Source: a bacterium (GTDB taxonomy: Bacteria; UBA8248; JACPRG01; G963555815). From it: a stretch of DNA of 64,000 nucleotides. Location of the stretch: positions 192,001 through 256,000 of the forward strand of contig CAUVWX020000002.1 in NCBI GenBank assembly GCA_963555815.3, written 5' to 3'. The position numbers and the translations under genes were made by a program. Every line of letters begins with the position of its first letter. Position 1 is the stretch's first letter. The notes below the pieces were generated by a model. It saw only the letters and a program-made list of their open reading frames with translations, was not told the DNA's origin and made no database searches. Of the stretch, positions 43,460 to 52,938 are shown piece after piece.

Positions 43460-44176
43460 TCAAAAACGATGCTTTCGAAGCAGGATGGCCCAGAGATACC
43501 AACGAAAGTAGCTGCGGGCCACACGGAATATTCGAAAGCTGGATGTTCCAAGTGTCCGACCTCGCCAGACGGTCGGAACCTCTGTGATGCGGTAGCCCTT
43601 CAAAAAGGCCTTGACGCAGATCTCCAGGGATGAAGCGAAGCCCGCCTCCTCCAAGGGGGTTCCGGTCAGGACTTGGGTTCGGTACATTTTAAATGCGTTG
43701 CTCACGTCGTGCGTGGGAATTCCCGTAAGACGCTTGAGAGAGCCACAGACGAAGCGCGAAAATACCCCTTGAAGCCACGGCCCCCCCAGGCGCTCGCCTC
43801 CCGGCATGTATCGAGAGGCACAAACGACATCATAACCCTGCTCGATTTTCTCATACATCTTCTCAATTGTGCGAGGGTCATCGGCCGCGTCTGCCATCAG
43901 CACCACGGTGACCGGCGTGTGCACCTCCTCGAATCCCGACCGCAGGGCGTTGGTGATCCCGCGGGGCCGCTGGCTTGAGACAAGCCGCAGGTGGGGATAC
44001 CGGGCCGACATCTGACGGACAACCTGGGCGGTCCCGTCATCAGAGCTGTCGTCCACGACGATCACCGCATGGGGAAGGCCCAGGGCCCCCTCCAGGGATT
44101 CCAGGGTCTCTCCAATCGTCTCCTCCTCGTTGAGCGCCGGGATGACGACGGTGAGCTTGGGATCTTCAGGCACCAT
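43460..44176 (-). CDS. GT2 glycosyltransferase (DPM1/polyprenol-phosphate type)
   Basis: VVIPALNEE, VDDSSDDGT, MADAADDP, DVVCASRY, EVP. Confidence 0.9.
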   Translation of the reverse strand: MVPEDPKLTVVIPALNEEETIGETLESLEGALGLPHAVIVVDDSSDDGTAQVVRQMSARYPHLRLVSSQRPRGITNALRSGFEEVHTPVTVVLMADAADDPRTIEKMYEKIEQGYDVVCASRYMPGGERLGGPWLQGVFSRFVCGSLKRLTGIPTHDVSNAFKMYRTQVLTGTPLEEAGFASSLEICVKAFLKGYRITEVPTVWRGRTLGTSSFRIFRVARSYFRWYLWAILLRKHRF

Positions 44177-44277
44177 ACCCCCCTTCACAAAAGGCAGTCG
44201 CCCCTTCACCCCGCCGGTCTGAGGGGTGGGGACAGGGAAATTTTAATTCATTGTTTGGGAAAGAGAAGAAAATTGAG

Positions 44278-44307
44278 AAAAAAGCCCCTCTTCAAAAGAA
44301 GAGAGGC
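44278..44307 (-). terminator. Intrinsic terminator ahead of the GT2 gene
   Basis: Minus strand GCCTCTCTTC-TTTT-GAAGAGGGGC followed by T6 (10-bp stem, one G-U pair). Confidence 0.75.
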
Positions 44308-44552
44308 AGCGCAGGCGAGCCCACAGTGTTCCCTTCCGAAGGGCAACGCGCCCTTCCTTCGGCAGCCATTGGCAGAGCCGGGGCAAAAAGCCCTCGGTGT
44401 CCTGGGTAGGTGCCGTTTGCGCTGGCCGCCGTCCGATTCCCTTCAGCCTATCTTCCTGTGTTATGTGCCTGCCAACGAAAGACTCGCCTGCGCCTCTCCC
44501 ACAAAATCACCGATTGGACCAAAAGGGGGCAAACCCAACATCTTGTACCCTA
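44278..44552 (-). ncRNA. Candidate structured leader RNA/attenuator, family not recognised
   Basis: Long-range helix 44483-44498 with 44301-44319, nested helices, terminal terminator and an upstream promoter. Confidence 0.5.
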
Positions 44553-44558
44553 CTATGC

Positions 44559-44587
44559 AGTAAAAGGCTAAATATTGGGCTTGTCAA
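44559..44587 (-). promoter_or_regulatory. Putative sigma70 promoter for the leader/GT2 transcript
   Basis: Minus strand TTGACA (44587-44582)-17 nt-TTTACT (44564-44559). Confidence 0.5.
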
Positions 44588-44647
44588 GAGAAATATGGGG
44601 TGTGATCTGTCAGAAGACGCCAGAGGCGACGGGAGGGAATTTTTTCC

Positions 44648-44708
44648 TTGACAGGCCAGTTAGGCCACGATATGTTCTGCGCCAGTTACATAGTTTTGTA
44701 AGCTAAAC
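44648..44708 (+). promoter_or_regulatory. Putative sigma70 promoter plus DtxR/SirR-like operator
   Basis: TTGACA-17 nt-TATGTT (44648-44676); imperfect palindrome GTTTTG-TAAG-CTAAAC at 44693-44708. Confidence 0.55.
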
Positions 44709-44733
44709 ATAAGTTCCTTTTGGGTTCTCCCCT

Positions 44734-45294
44734 ATGCTGACGTTTCAAATCAAAAAAGAGTTCTCTTTCACACCGAGTGAGCAGCACTACCTGCGGGCGA
44801 TATACGAGCTCCAGGAGGAACAGGGGTACGCCCGGGTCACGGATGTCGCTCGCAAGCTCAACATCGGCAAAGGGGCCGTCTCTTTGGCCCTGAAAGGGTT
44901 GGTCGAGCGCGATCTGATTCGCCACCCCCACTACCAGGTCATCGAGCTCTTGCCCCAGGGGGAAATGGCGGCCAAGCAGGTGATGAGCCGGTTTGCTGTC
45001 CTCAAACATTTCCTTGAACGGGTCCTGGGCATCAAAAAGAACATGGCTTACGTCGACGCCTGTCTGATGGAGCATTTCATCAGTGGCGAGACGGTGGATC
45101 GCCTGATTGACCTCATTCGTTTCTTTGAGTTGGAAGACGACCTGGTCCGAGAGGCCGTGCAGCGGTTTCAGGCCTACCGGCGAACCTGCGAGAGCACAGA
45201 GAATTGTCCGATCTGTGAGTTCAGCTGCGAGGTGGCCCTTCCCGAACTGGAGAATTCAGCTGCGGACCAGGGGACAGGCCACACGGTGAGGTGA
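44734..45294 (+). CDS. DtxR/MntR-family metal-dependent regulator with Cys-rich tail
   Basis: HYLRAIYEL, ARVTDVA HTH, DACLMEHFIS; C-terminal C-x5-C-x2-C-x3-C. Confidence 0.9.
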   Translation: MLTFQIKKEFSFTPSEQHYLRAIYELQEEQGYARVTDVARKLNIGKGAVSLALKGLVERDLIRHPHYQVIELLPQGEMAAKQVMSRFAVLKHFLERVLGIKKNMAYVDACLMEHFISGETVDRLIDLIRFFELEDDLVREAVQRFQAYRRTCESTENCPICEFSCEVALPELENSAADQGTGHTVR

Positions 45295-45474
45295 TATCAA
45301 GGCTAAAAGTTTCCAAAGGGAGCCTTTGGCCTGTTTCCAATTCCTGACCATTTTTCAGCCCTATCGAGGCCGCAAGGAAGCCCGCCAAGGAAGGAAAAAA
45401 ATCTCTTTCCTGGCTTTTTCATGAGTGAGAGGCAGACATCCGTCAAGCCTCCACCTCATTGAGGAGAGAAAGAA

Positions 45475-46509
45475 TTGAGGAGAAAAAGACTGATGGCACT
45501 GCTTAGATCTCGTGCGAGCGTTTTTCTTGTGATCGCCTGCCTTATTCTCGTCCCGCTTTTCCTTCTTATTGGGTCTTCCTCCTCAGGGGCCCAAGAGCTT
45601 GTGGTCTATTCGGGGCGAAAGGAGATCGCCATTAAACCGGTGATCGAGGCCTTTGAGAAGAAGACCGGCATCCGGGTGGCCCTGAAGATCGGAAAAACGG
45701 GGGGCTTCATTAATCAACTCATACAGGAGCGCCGCAACCCCCAGGCCGACGTCTTCATCTCGACGACGGCGGGGGCTGTCATATCGATCCTGGACCGGGG
45801 TCTCTTCTACCCCTACGTTTCCCCCGCCGCCGGCTCCCTCCCGGATGCCTACAAGAGCCCTGATGGCTTTTGGACGGGGATCTCCGGACGAGCGCGAATC
45901 CTGATGTATAACACCCAGCTTATCAAGCCTGAAGAAGTGCCAAGGTCTGTCTTCGATCTAACGGATCCAAAATACCGAGGTCTTGTGGCCATCGCCAGCA
46001 CTCGCGAGCGGACCACCCTGGGCTGGCTCAGCGCCCTGGTGGACTTCTTGGGCGAGGCAGAAGCCAAGGCCTATGTCGAGAAGCTTCGTGCTAACGGTCT
46101 TCACATCCTTCCGGATAACACAGACGTCCGCCGGGGCGTTGGAAATGGGGAGTTCGCACTCGGCCTGACGAATTCCCCCAATTTCTATCTCACCCAGAGA
46201 GAGGGGTCTCCCGTCGGGGTCATTTTCCCGGATCAGGGTCCCGGTCAGATGGGGGCCCTCATCAATCCCAACACAGTTTCCATCGTGAGAGGGGCAGGAA
46301 ATCTCGACGAAGCCAAGCAGTTTGTGGATTTCATCCTTTCCCCCGAGGTGGCTGCAACCCTTGTTCAAAATGCCTTCGAGATCCCCCTTCACCCCGATGT
46401 GACCCCCGGGGTTGTCCAAGGTCTCGGGGACTTTAGTCCAGCCGCGGTGAACCAAAGCCGACTGGGATCTCTCGCTGAGCGCACCCTAGAGATTTTCCCC
46501 GACTTCTGA
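45475..46509 (+). CDS. ABC transporter substrate-binding protein, FbpA/FutA-like
   Basis: Signal region; LVVYSGR, ADVF, W.GISGRAR..MYN, AKQFVDFILS. Confidence 0.88.
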   Translation: MRRKRLMALLRSRASVFLVIACLILVPLFLLIGSSSSGAQELVVYSGRKEIAIKPVIEAFEKKTGIRVALKIGKTGGFINQLIQERRNPQADVFISTTAGAVISILDRGLFYPYVSPAAGSLPDAYKSPDGFWTGISGRARILMYNTQLIKPEEVPRSVFDLTDPKYRGLVAIASTRERTTLGWLSALVDFLGEAEAKAYVEKLRANGLHILPDNTDVRRGVGNGEFALGLTNSPNFYLTQREGSPVGVIFPDQGPGQMGALINPNTVSIVRGAGNLDEAKQFVDFILSPEVAATLVQNAFEIPLHPDVTPGVVQGLGDFSPAAVNQSRLGSLAERTLEIFPDF

Positions 46510-46516
46510 GATATCG

Positions 46517-48127
46517 ATGACGCTGGAGACAATCACCAGGAGGCCCTCGCGAGTTCCGACCCGTCGTTATCTCGGCGCCGTCAAGTGGTCTATCCCCGTT
46601 GCGGTCCTCCTCGTATTCTTTCTGAGCCCCCTCGCCAATCTCCTCGTGGAGGCCGTTGGCATTAAGTCTCCTGCCCTGGCCGCCCTCTTTCGATCGACCT
46701 TGCCCTGGCTCATCCTTCGGACGCTCCTGCTGGCCCTGGCGACCACCCTGGCGGCTGTCTCCTTGGGGCTTCCTCTGGCTTGGTTTACCGTCAGGACCGA
46801 TGTCCCGGGGCGAAGGCTTTGGAGGTGGCTCGGCGCTCTTCCCCTGGCCATCCCCCCCTATATTGGGGCCCTTGCCTTTCTCAACCTCCTGGGTCCGGGG
46901 GGGGGTGTCAATGTCCTCTATCGAGAGGCGACGGGTGCCCCGGGCCTCATCGTCAACCTCTACAGCTTCGGGGGGACGGTCTTTGTCCTATCCCTTTTCA
47001 CCTATCCCCTTGTCTTCCTCTTCACCGCCTCGGCCCTGGAGAGGAGCCATTCCGCCTTCGAGGAGGTGGCCCGAAGCCTCGGTCACCGCTCGGGAGAGGT
47101 CTTCTGGCGGATCACCTTCCCCCTGCTTCGTCCGTCCCTCCTGGCCGGAGGCTTGCTCGTCTTCCTTTATGTCTTGGCGGACTTTGGCGCAGTCTCCGTC
47201 CTGCGTCAGCAGACTTTCACGACAGAGATTTTTCATCTCCTGAATACGCGCTTTGATCAGGCGGCAGTCGCGGCCCTCTCCATCATCCTGACGGTCATCA
47301 CTGTTTCTGTCCTCCTGGCGCAACGTTGGCTCCTCGGGCGGAGAAGCTATGTCCAGATTGAGGGCCGGGCCCGCCCGGCTCGCCCCAATCGCCTCGGACC
47401 TTGGAGGCCCATTGCCGCCCTTTATCCAGCGACCCTGATGGCCGTCTCCCTGGGTCTCCCCCTCCTGCTCCTCCTTTTACAGATTGAATCTTGGCCGGGT
47501 GCCGCGGCGACCGTCCTGGACCAGGCTGGTTTTCTCTGGGCAAGTGTCTGGACGGCCGCCGTCGCGGCCACGGTGGGAGTCGGCATCGGCCTCTTTGCAG
47601 GCTATCTAGCCCTTCGCAGGGCCCGCCAGGGTGGGGCCGCCCTCTTCTGGGGCCTTCAGCTCTGCTACGCCATCCCCGGGACGGTCCTGGGACTCAGCCT
47701 TATCCTCCTCTATAACTCTTGGCTGCCCTGGGTCTACGGGACGGCCGTCATGGTGGTGATTGGCTACACGATTCGTTTCATCCCTCAGGCCGTCCAGGGC
47801 ATCACGGGGGCCCTTCGACAAACCCACCATCAACTGGAGGAGGCGGCCAGGGGGCTTGGGCTTGGGGCCCTGGAGACTGTCCGGCGGGTCGTCATCCCCC
47901 TCATCCGCCCCGGTCTTCTGGCCACCTGGGTCCTCGTCTTCATCTCCTCCATGAAGGAGTTGGCGGCCACCCTCCTGTTGCGCCCTGCCGGCTTTGATAC
48001 GTTGCCCGTGCGCATTTGGATTCACACCATTGAGGCCGATTACTCCAAGGCGTCCACCCTGGCCCTGGTCCTTGTCGCGGTCTCCGCCCTTCCTCTCCTT
48101 TTGGTGGAATGGAGGAGGATCACCTGA
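46517..48127 (+). CDS. ABC transporter permease, FbpB-like (two EAA loops)
   Basis: RTDVPGR, PLAIPPY, FEEVARSLG, LEEAARGLG, KELAATLLLRP. Confidence 0.92.
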   Translation: MTLETITRRPSRVPTRRYLGAVKWSIPVAVLLVFFLSPLANLLVEAVGIKSPALAALFRSTLPWLILRTLLLALATTLAAVSLGLPLAWFTVRTDVPGRRLWRWLGALPLAIPPYIGALAFLNLLGPGGGVNVLYREATGAPGLIVNLYSFGGTVFVLSLFTYPLVFLFTASALERSHSAFEEVARSLGHRSGEVFWRITFPLLRPSLLAGGLLVFLYVLADFGAVSVLRQQTFTTEIFHLLNTRFDQAAVAALSIILTVITVSVLLAQRWLLGRRSYVQIEGRARPARPNRLGPWRPIAALYPATLMAVSLGLPLLLLLLQIESWPGAAATVLDQAGFLWASVWTAAVAATVGVGIGLFAGYLALRRARQGGAALFWGLQLCYAIPGTVLGLSLILLYNSWLPWVYGTAVMVVIGYTIRFIPQAVQGITGALRQTHHQLEEAARGLGLGALETVRRVVIPLIRPGLLATWVLVFISSMKELAATLLLRPAGFDTLPVRIWIHTIEADYSKASTLALVLVAVSALPLLLVEWRRIT

Positions 48128-48168
48128 TGGACCTCGCCGCGCCGCTCGGCCTGAAGGACGTGTGACCC

Positions 48169-49278
48169 TTGTCAACGCCCACCATCAAGGTTGAAGACCT
48201 TTCGATGCGCTATGGGGTGCGCGAGCCCTGGGCCGTCTCCGACGTCTCTCTTTTTTTGGAGGAGGGAGAGATCCTGACCCTCCTTGGCCCAAGCGGGTGC
48301 GGCAAGACGACCGTGCTCCGCCTCATCGCAGGCTTTGAGGTTCCCGAACGGGGCCGAGTCACCATCGATGGGCATTTGGTGGCGGGGGCGGGGGCCTGGT
48401 ATCCCCCCGAGCAGAGGGGCGTGGGGATGGTCTTTCAGAACTACGCCCTCTTCCCCCACCTGACAGTGGCAGAGAACGTGGGCTTTGGCCTGCACCTCTG
48501 GCCCCTTCCCCTTCGAAGCGCCCGGATCGGTGAAGTCCTGCGCTTGGTGGACCTGCTGGCCCTTCGGGATCGCTATCCCCACGAGCTCTCTGGCGGGCAG
48601 CAGCAGCGTATCGCCCTCGCCCGGGCCCTGGCCCCAGGTCCCCTGGTTATCCTCCTCGACGAGCCCTTCAGCAATCTGGACGCCGACATGCGGGTTCAGG
48701 TCCGCCAGGAGGTCCGAGACATCCTGCGGCGCTCCAAGATGACGGCCCTTTTTGTGACCCACGAGCAGCAGGAGGCCTTTGAGATCTCAGACCGGATGGC
48801 CGTCATGAATAAGGGTCGAATCGAGCAGTTGGACACGCCAGAGAACATCTTCCACAGCCCCGGCACCCCCTTTGTGGCTCGGTTTCTCGGCCAGACCGAC
48901 CTCGTGCCCGGCGTCGTCCGCGGAGATCGCGTGGAAACAGAGCTTGGCAGCTTCCCCTATTTCACCGACGGCGGGGGCCTCCCCGATGGGATGCGTGTTG
49001 AGGCGGTCATCCGGCCGGCCGATGTAGACGTCATCCCCTCCCTGCAGGGAACGGCCACGGTGAGGGGACGCCGCTTTCGGGGCTCAGACAATCTCTACAC
49101 GCTGATCCTCGCCTCTGGAACGAGAGTCCATAGCGCCGCGCCTTGGGATTTTGTCCTCCCTCTTGGGAGCAAGGTTTCGGTCTCGATGGAGCCCCTTCGG
49201 GTGGTCGTGTTTCCGGTGGGCGAGGGGGGGGGGGTGAGAAATAAGGTGCTAGCAAGGAGAGATGGTGCGCCATCCTAA
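48169..49278 (+). CDS. ABC transporter ATPase, FbpC-like with TOBE domain
   Basis: [35 protein letters not shown]. Confidence 0.95.
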   Translation: MSTPTIKVEDLSMRYGVREPWAVSDVSLFLEEGEILTLLGPSGCGKTTVLRLIAGFEVPERGRVTIDGHLVAGAGAWYPPEQRGVGMVFQNYALFPHLTVAENVGFGLHLWPLPLRSARIGEVLRLVDLLALRDRYPHELSGGQQQRIALARALAPGPLVILLDEPFSNLDADMRVQVRQEVRDILRRSKMTALFVTHEQQEAFEISDRMAVMNKGRIEQLDTPENIFHSPGTPFVARFLGQTDLVPGVVRGDRVETELGSFPYFTDGGGLPDGMRVEAVIRPADVDVIPSLQGTATVRGRRFRGSDNLYTLILASGTRVHSAAPWDFVLPLGSKVSVSMEPLRVVVFPVGEGGGVRNKVLARRDGAPS

Positions 49279-49300
49279 ATTTTTGGAAGGAGGAAATATC

Positions 49301-49477
49301 ATGACCCTGAACTTACGAGAATTCCGGACAGTCCTGCACGGGATGGTCTTCGGGGCCATCTACCTCATCGCCTTCGCCGGAGGTTTTGCGGGTCTTTGGA
49401 GCCTTCGAAAAGAGTTCATCACGGTGGAAGAATCTCGGTTTTCACACTCGTCCTCCTCATATTGGGCGGGCCCCTGA
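49301..49477 (+). pseudogene. Probably truncated membrane protein (N-terminal ~45 aa)
   Basis: Strong AGGAGG RBS; TVLHGMVFGAIYLIAFAGGFAGLWSLR TM segment, then abrupt low-complexity end. Confidence 0.45.
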
Positions 49478-49660
49478 TGTTCCCTCCGATTTTTGAGGCT
49501 TTTTAAGGGCACTAGATAGGCGGCGGAATGGATCTTGCGGAGGTACAGCCCCCTGGGGGTGTTTCAAGAGACAGGCACAGGAACAATCTATTTAAAATAT
49601 AGCTGAATCCGATCAGTGAGCACCCCTGAAAACGTGCAAACCAAAAAGGAGGGTTGTGTC

Positions 49661-50995
49661 GTGCGACTAAAACGTCACTTGTTAATGGGCCTGGCCATCT
49701 GGCTCACCTTGATCTTTGCCGTCGGTGCTTCAAATTCCTTTGCCCAGGAGGCGGACCTTCTGGACATCTTGAAGCGGCGGGGGGTCATCACCGAGGAGGA
49801 ATTCCAGGAGCTCAAGGGACGACAGGCGGAGAGAGCGGCCCAAAAGAACTTTGAGGTCGGCTTTGATCGGGGCTTTTTCCTGCGTTCCCCGGACAAGCGA
49901 CATGAGCTCAAGTTCGATGCCCAGATCTTTGAGCATCTCACCGTCCTTCCCGAAGACACAAAGGAGAGCACCACATTCCGACTCCGGCGGGGCCGGGTGA
50001 CCCTCAGTGGTCATCTCTTCAAAGATATCACCTTCAAGTTGGAATTCGACGGGACCTCAGACCCCGTGGTCGATACGTCCGCTTACATCGGCTATGAGCG
50101 GTTCAAGCCGTTCAAGGTCCGCTTCGGCCAGAGGAAAGACCCGTTTGGCGGGGAGAAGACTTATAGCCGGTACAAGCAGTTCTTTATCGAACGCTCCATG
50201 ATTTCAGACAACCTGACGCCCTCCACGCAGCGCGGGGTCTGGCTCTTGGGCGACCTGTTCAACAAAAAACTCTCTTATGATGTGGGCATCACCAACGGGG
50301 CCGGCCGGGCCCAGGACAATAACGACGACAAGGACTACACCGCCCGCCTCGTGTGGCGACCCTTCCGGGATACCGGCATGCAGGACATTTTGCCGTTGGA
50401 GATCGGGGGGAACTTCAACATCGGGCACCAGCCTTTTAGCTCCAACGGGGCGCGGACCCGCCTCTTTATGAGGGACAATCGGAAAGTCATCTTCAATGCG
50501 AGCACCGAGGGGCTTCGCGTCCGAGGTGGCGGGGACGTTTTTTATAACAAAGATTACAAGCACGGGCGCGTGTCCCTCCTCGGGGAGTTCATCTGGCAGC
50601 AGAACGAGCGCGAGGGACCTGTGCTGACCGGGACGGGGACCCTCCCCAAGAACCCGGACTCCGTCATCCGCTACGGCTGGCACCTGACGGGAGGGGCCAT
50701 GCTCCTTGGGAGCCGCAAGAAGAATGGCCTTGAGTTTGTGGCCAGGGTGGAGCAGATCGACGCGGACGACTCGGGGAACAACGGCGGGGCCGACGAGCTG
50801 GTGGGTCAGCAGTTGACGACCTACGGTCTGGGCCTCAACTTCTGGCCTTACTCGCAGCTCCGTTTTTCGGCCAACGGTTTCATCTTTGACTTCGACCGGG
50901 CGACAGATCTGACGTCTGCGGACCCCTTTGATCAGGAGGGGACGACCTACGGCGTCATTTTCGCCGCCATGCTGAAGTTCAAAGGGGCTAACTAG
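49661..50995 (+). CDS. Outer-membrane porin, OprO/OprP-like
   Basis: Signal peptide; L..L..RGVITEEEF; FRLRRGR, FIERS, LGLNFW; AGGAGG RBS. Confidence 0.82.
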   Translation: MRLKRHLLMGLAIWLTLIFAVGASNSFAQEADLLDILKRRGVITEEEFQELKGRQAERAAQKNFEVGFDRGFFLRSPDKRHELKFDAQIFEHLTVLPEDTKESTTFRLRRGRVTLSGHLFKDITFKLEFDGTSDPVVDTSAYIGYERFKPFKVRFGQRKDPFGGEKTYSRYKQFFIERSMISDNLTPSTQRGVWLLGDLFNKKLSYDVGITNGAGRAQDNNDDKDYTARLVWRPFRDTGMQDILPLEIGGNFNIGHQPFSSNGARTRLFMRDNRKVIFNASTEGLRVRGGGDVFYNKDYKHGRVSLLGEFIWQQNEREGPVLTGTGTLPKNPDSVIRYGWHLTGGAMLLGSRKKNGLEFVARVEQIDADDSGNNGGADELVGQQLTTYGLGLNFWPYSQLRFSANGFIFDFDRATDLTSADPFDQEGTTYGVIFAAMLKFKGAN

Positions 50996-51127
50996 AGAGA
51001 CACGGATTTCCCAGAGGAAGCTAACGTTGGGTAGACTCCGAGCGGTGGATTAGGTATGGAAATGTCGGTTAAGCAATAAAAGCAAGGGCAAATGGCGGAT
51101 AGCGGACCAGGAGGAGGCAAGGTGACC

Positions 51128-51934
51128 ATGCAGCGCACACCTCTCTGGCGTTGGCGGCTGGATCATCTGTTGACGATTCTCAGGGTGGTGCTCGGTGTCA
51201 TCTTTATTATCGGGGGAATCAAAATTGCCTTTCCTGCTGATCCGGAGGTGTTCGCGGCAGGTTATGTAGACCCCGCCACGGGCTGGATTGCGCCGGTGTT
51301 TGCAGAGAGGATCACGGAAACGCTGGGTATCAGCGTCAGCTTGTTTCTGAAGATCCAGGGAGTCATAGAGATCGTCGTCGGTGGGCTGATGGTGATTGGG
51401 CTTTTTGCGCCCTTCACCCCCATCGTCATGGGCCTCATGTTTTGGGCGTTTATCATCGCCAACCCGGTGGTGGGGCCAGTTCGCTTGAACAGGGACATGG
51501 CGCTGATGGGGTTCTCTTTCGCCACGGCCCTCGCGGGGGGTGGAATTTTAAGTTTGGACGCAAAATACCGCGGACTCCAATCCAAATTCTCTGAGCGTAG
51601 GGACATCATTCTGATTATGATTCGACTGGGTTTGGCTTATGCTTTAGTCACGTCTTCTCTATTTTTCGGTGGCCCCCTGAACACCTCACTGAATACGACC
51701 ATCCCTCTTTTTCTAGTTTTTGTCATGGGGCTCTTGCTCGCCGTCGGTGTTATCCCCCGATGGGTAGCGGCGGCCGTCTTTATCTGGCTTCTCTTGCCTT
51801 TCGGCCAGAGCATCGCCGCGAAAGGGGTCTTCTGGGGACTGGAAGGGGTGAAGAGAGAGTTGGGATTGATGGCCGCTTCCTTTGTCTATTTGATGGCCGG
51901 CCCAGACCGATGGGTTTGGCCCAGGCGACGATAA
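51128..51934 (+). CDS. DoxX-family membrane protein (apparently duplicated domain)
   Basis: LRVVLGVIFIIGGIK, EIVVGG, RDMAL, LSLD; second half repeats IRLGLA...KRELGL. Confidence 0.75.
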   Translation: MQRTPLWRWRLDHLLTILRVVLGVIFIIGGIKIAFPADPEVFAAGYVDPATGWIAPVFAERITETLGISVSLFLKIQGVIEIVVGGLMVIGLFAPFTPIVMGLMFWAFIIANPVVGPVRLNRDMALMGFSFATALAGGGILSLDAKYRGLQSKFSERRDIILIMIRLGLAYALVTSSLFFGGPLNTSLNTTIPLFLVFVMGLLLAVGVIPRWVAAAVFIWLLLPFGQSIAAKGVFWGLEGVKRELGLMAASFVYLMAGPDRWVWPRRR

Positions 51935-52005
51935 TTTCGAGTCCGGCGTCCCCGTCACATCCTTTTGGGCTTCTATCTCGTCTCCTTTCCTAACAGGAGG
52001 AAGCG

Positions 52006-52938
52006 TTGTCCGTTGTCCTGGTTCACGCAGGGGCGGGAAACCAGGAGGTCCCCTCTCATGGAGAACTTTTAGTTCGGGCAGCCCTGGCTGGCTCAAAGGT
52101 GATGGCCGAGGGGCCCGAGGCCGCCGTGGTGGCCGCCGTCGAGGTGTTGGAGGACGCCCCGGAGACCAATGCGGGGACCGGCGCTTTCCTCAATCTTCGG
52201 GGGGAAGTGGAGATGGACGCGGCCCTCATGATCCCCGGGGATTTTGGGGCCGTGGCGGGCGTGAGGGGGATACGCCATCCGATTCGCCTGGCCTGGGATG
52301 TCCTCAGGGAGTCAGGCCATAAGCTCCTGGTGGGGGAGGGGGCAACGGAGTTCGCCCGAGCCCTCGGCTTTGAGCGTTATGACCCCAAAACCCATCGCCG
52401 CAGGACGGACTGGGAGCAGGCCATCCTTCGTATGAAGGAGGGCGAGAGCCCAGGCGGGGAATTCTCGACCGCAATGCGGCAGAAGATCATGGATCACTAC
52501 GGCCCGGGCGATACGGTCGGGGCCCTCGCACTCTCCGATGGCGGTCTTCTTGCGGCAGGGACCTCAACGGGCGGAATTTTTATGAAGCTTCCGGGCCGCG
52601 CGGGTGATTCCCCGCTTCCTGGGGCGGGGTTCTGGTGCACGGAAGAGGTGGCCATCATCTGCACGGGATACGGAGAGGCTTTCATGCGGACCCTTTGCGC
52701 CCGCCGCGCGGAAGAAATCTACCGGGGGGGAAGCGACCTCCTTGCCGCACTGGAAGAAGCCCTTCAGGAGCTTTGGCAAAAGACTGGGGGTCAGGGGGGG
52801 ATTATGGCCCTCAGTCGCTCCGGGCAAAAAGCCGCCGTTTATAACTCCGTCACCCTGCCTGTCACGGCTGTGGTGGGTCCCAGGGTCGACAAGGAATTTC
52901 TGCCAAAGCCCCTTGCCAGCCAACTGGATTGCCCTTAG
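52006..52938 (+). CDS. Isoaspartyl peptidase/L-asparaginase (Ntn hydrolase)
   Basis: VHAGAG, NAGTG, EMDAA, D/TVGA autocleavage site, TSTGG, GRAGDSP. Confidence 0.93.
   Translation: MSVVLVHAGAGNQEVPSHGELLVRAALAGSKVMAEGPEAAVVAAVEVLEDAPETNAGTGAFLNLRGEVEMDAALMIPGDFGAVAGVRGIRHPIRLAWDVLRESGHKLLVGEGATEFARALGFERYDPKTHRRRTDWEQAILRMKEGESPGGEFSTAMRQKIMDHYGPGDTVGALALSDGGLLAAGTSTGGIFMKLPGRAGDSPLPGAGFWCTEEVAIICTGYGEAFMRTLCARRAEEIYRGGSDLLAALEEALQELWQKTGGQGGIMALSRSGQKAAVYNSVTLPVTAVVGPRVDKEFLPKPLASQLDCP

Noticed and set aside
44300..44500. Lysine, glycine, c-di-GMP riboswitch or 6S RNA identity for the structured leader
   Set aside because: Isolated words match (AGAGGCGC, GCCGAA, GGAGAG, nearby GGCAAACC), but the spacing and required partner motifs (CTCTCAGG, GNRA loop/receptor, lysine P4-P5, rod-like 6S fold) are missing.
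45295..45474. Cobalamin or metal riboswitch ahead of the ABC transporter
   Set aside because: No B12-box or yybP-ykoY motifs recognised.
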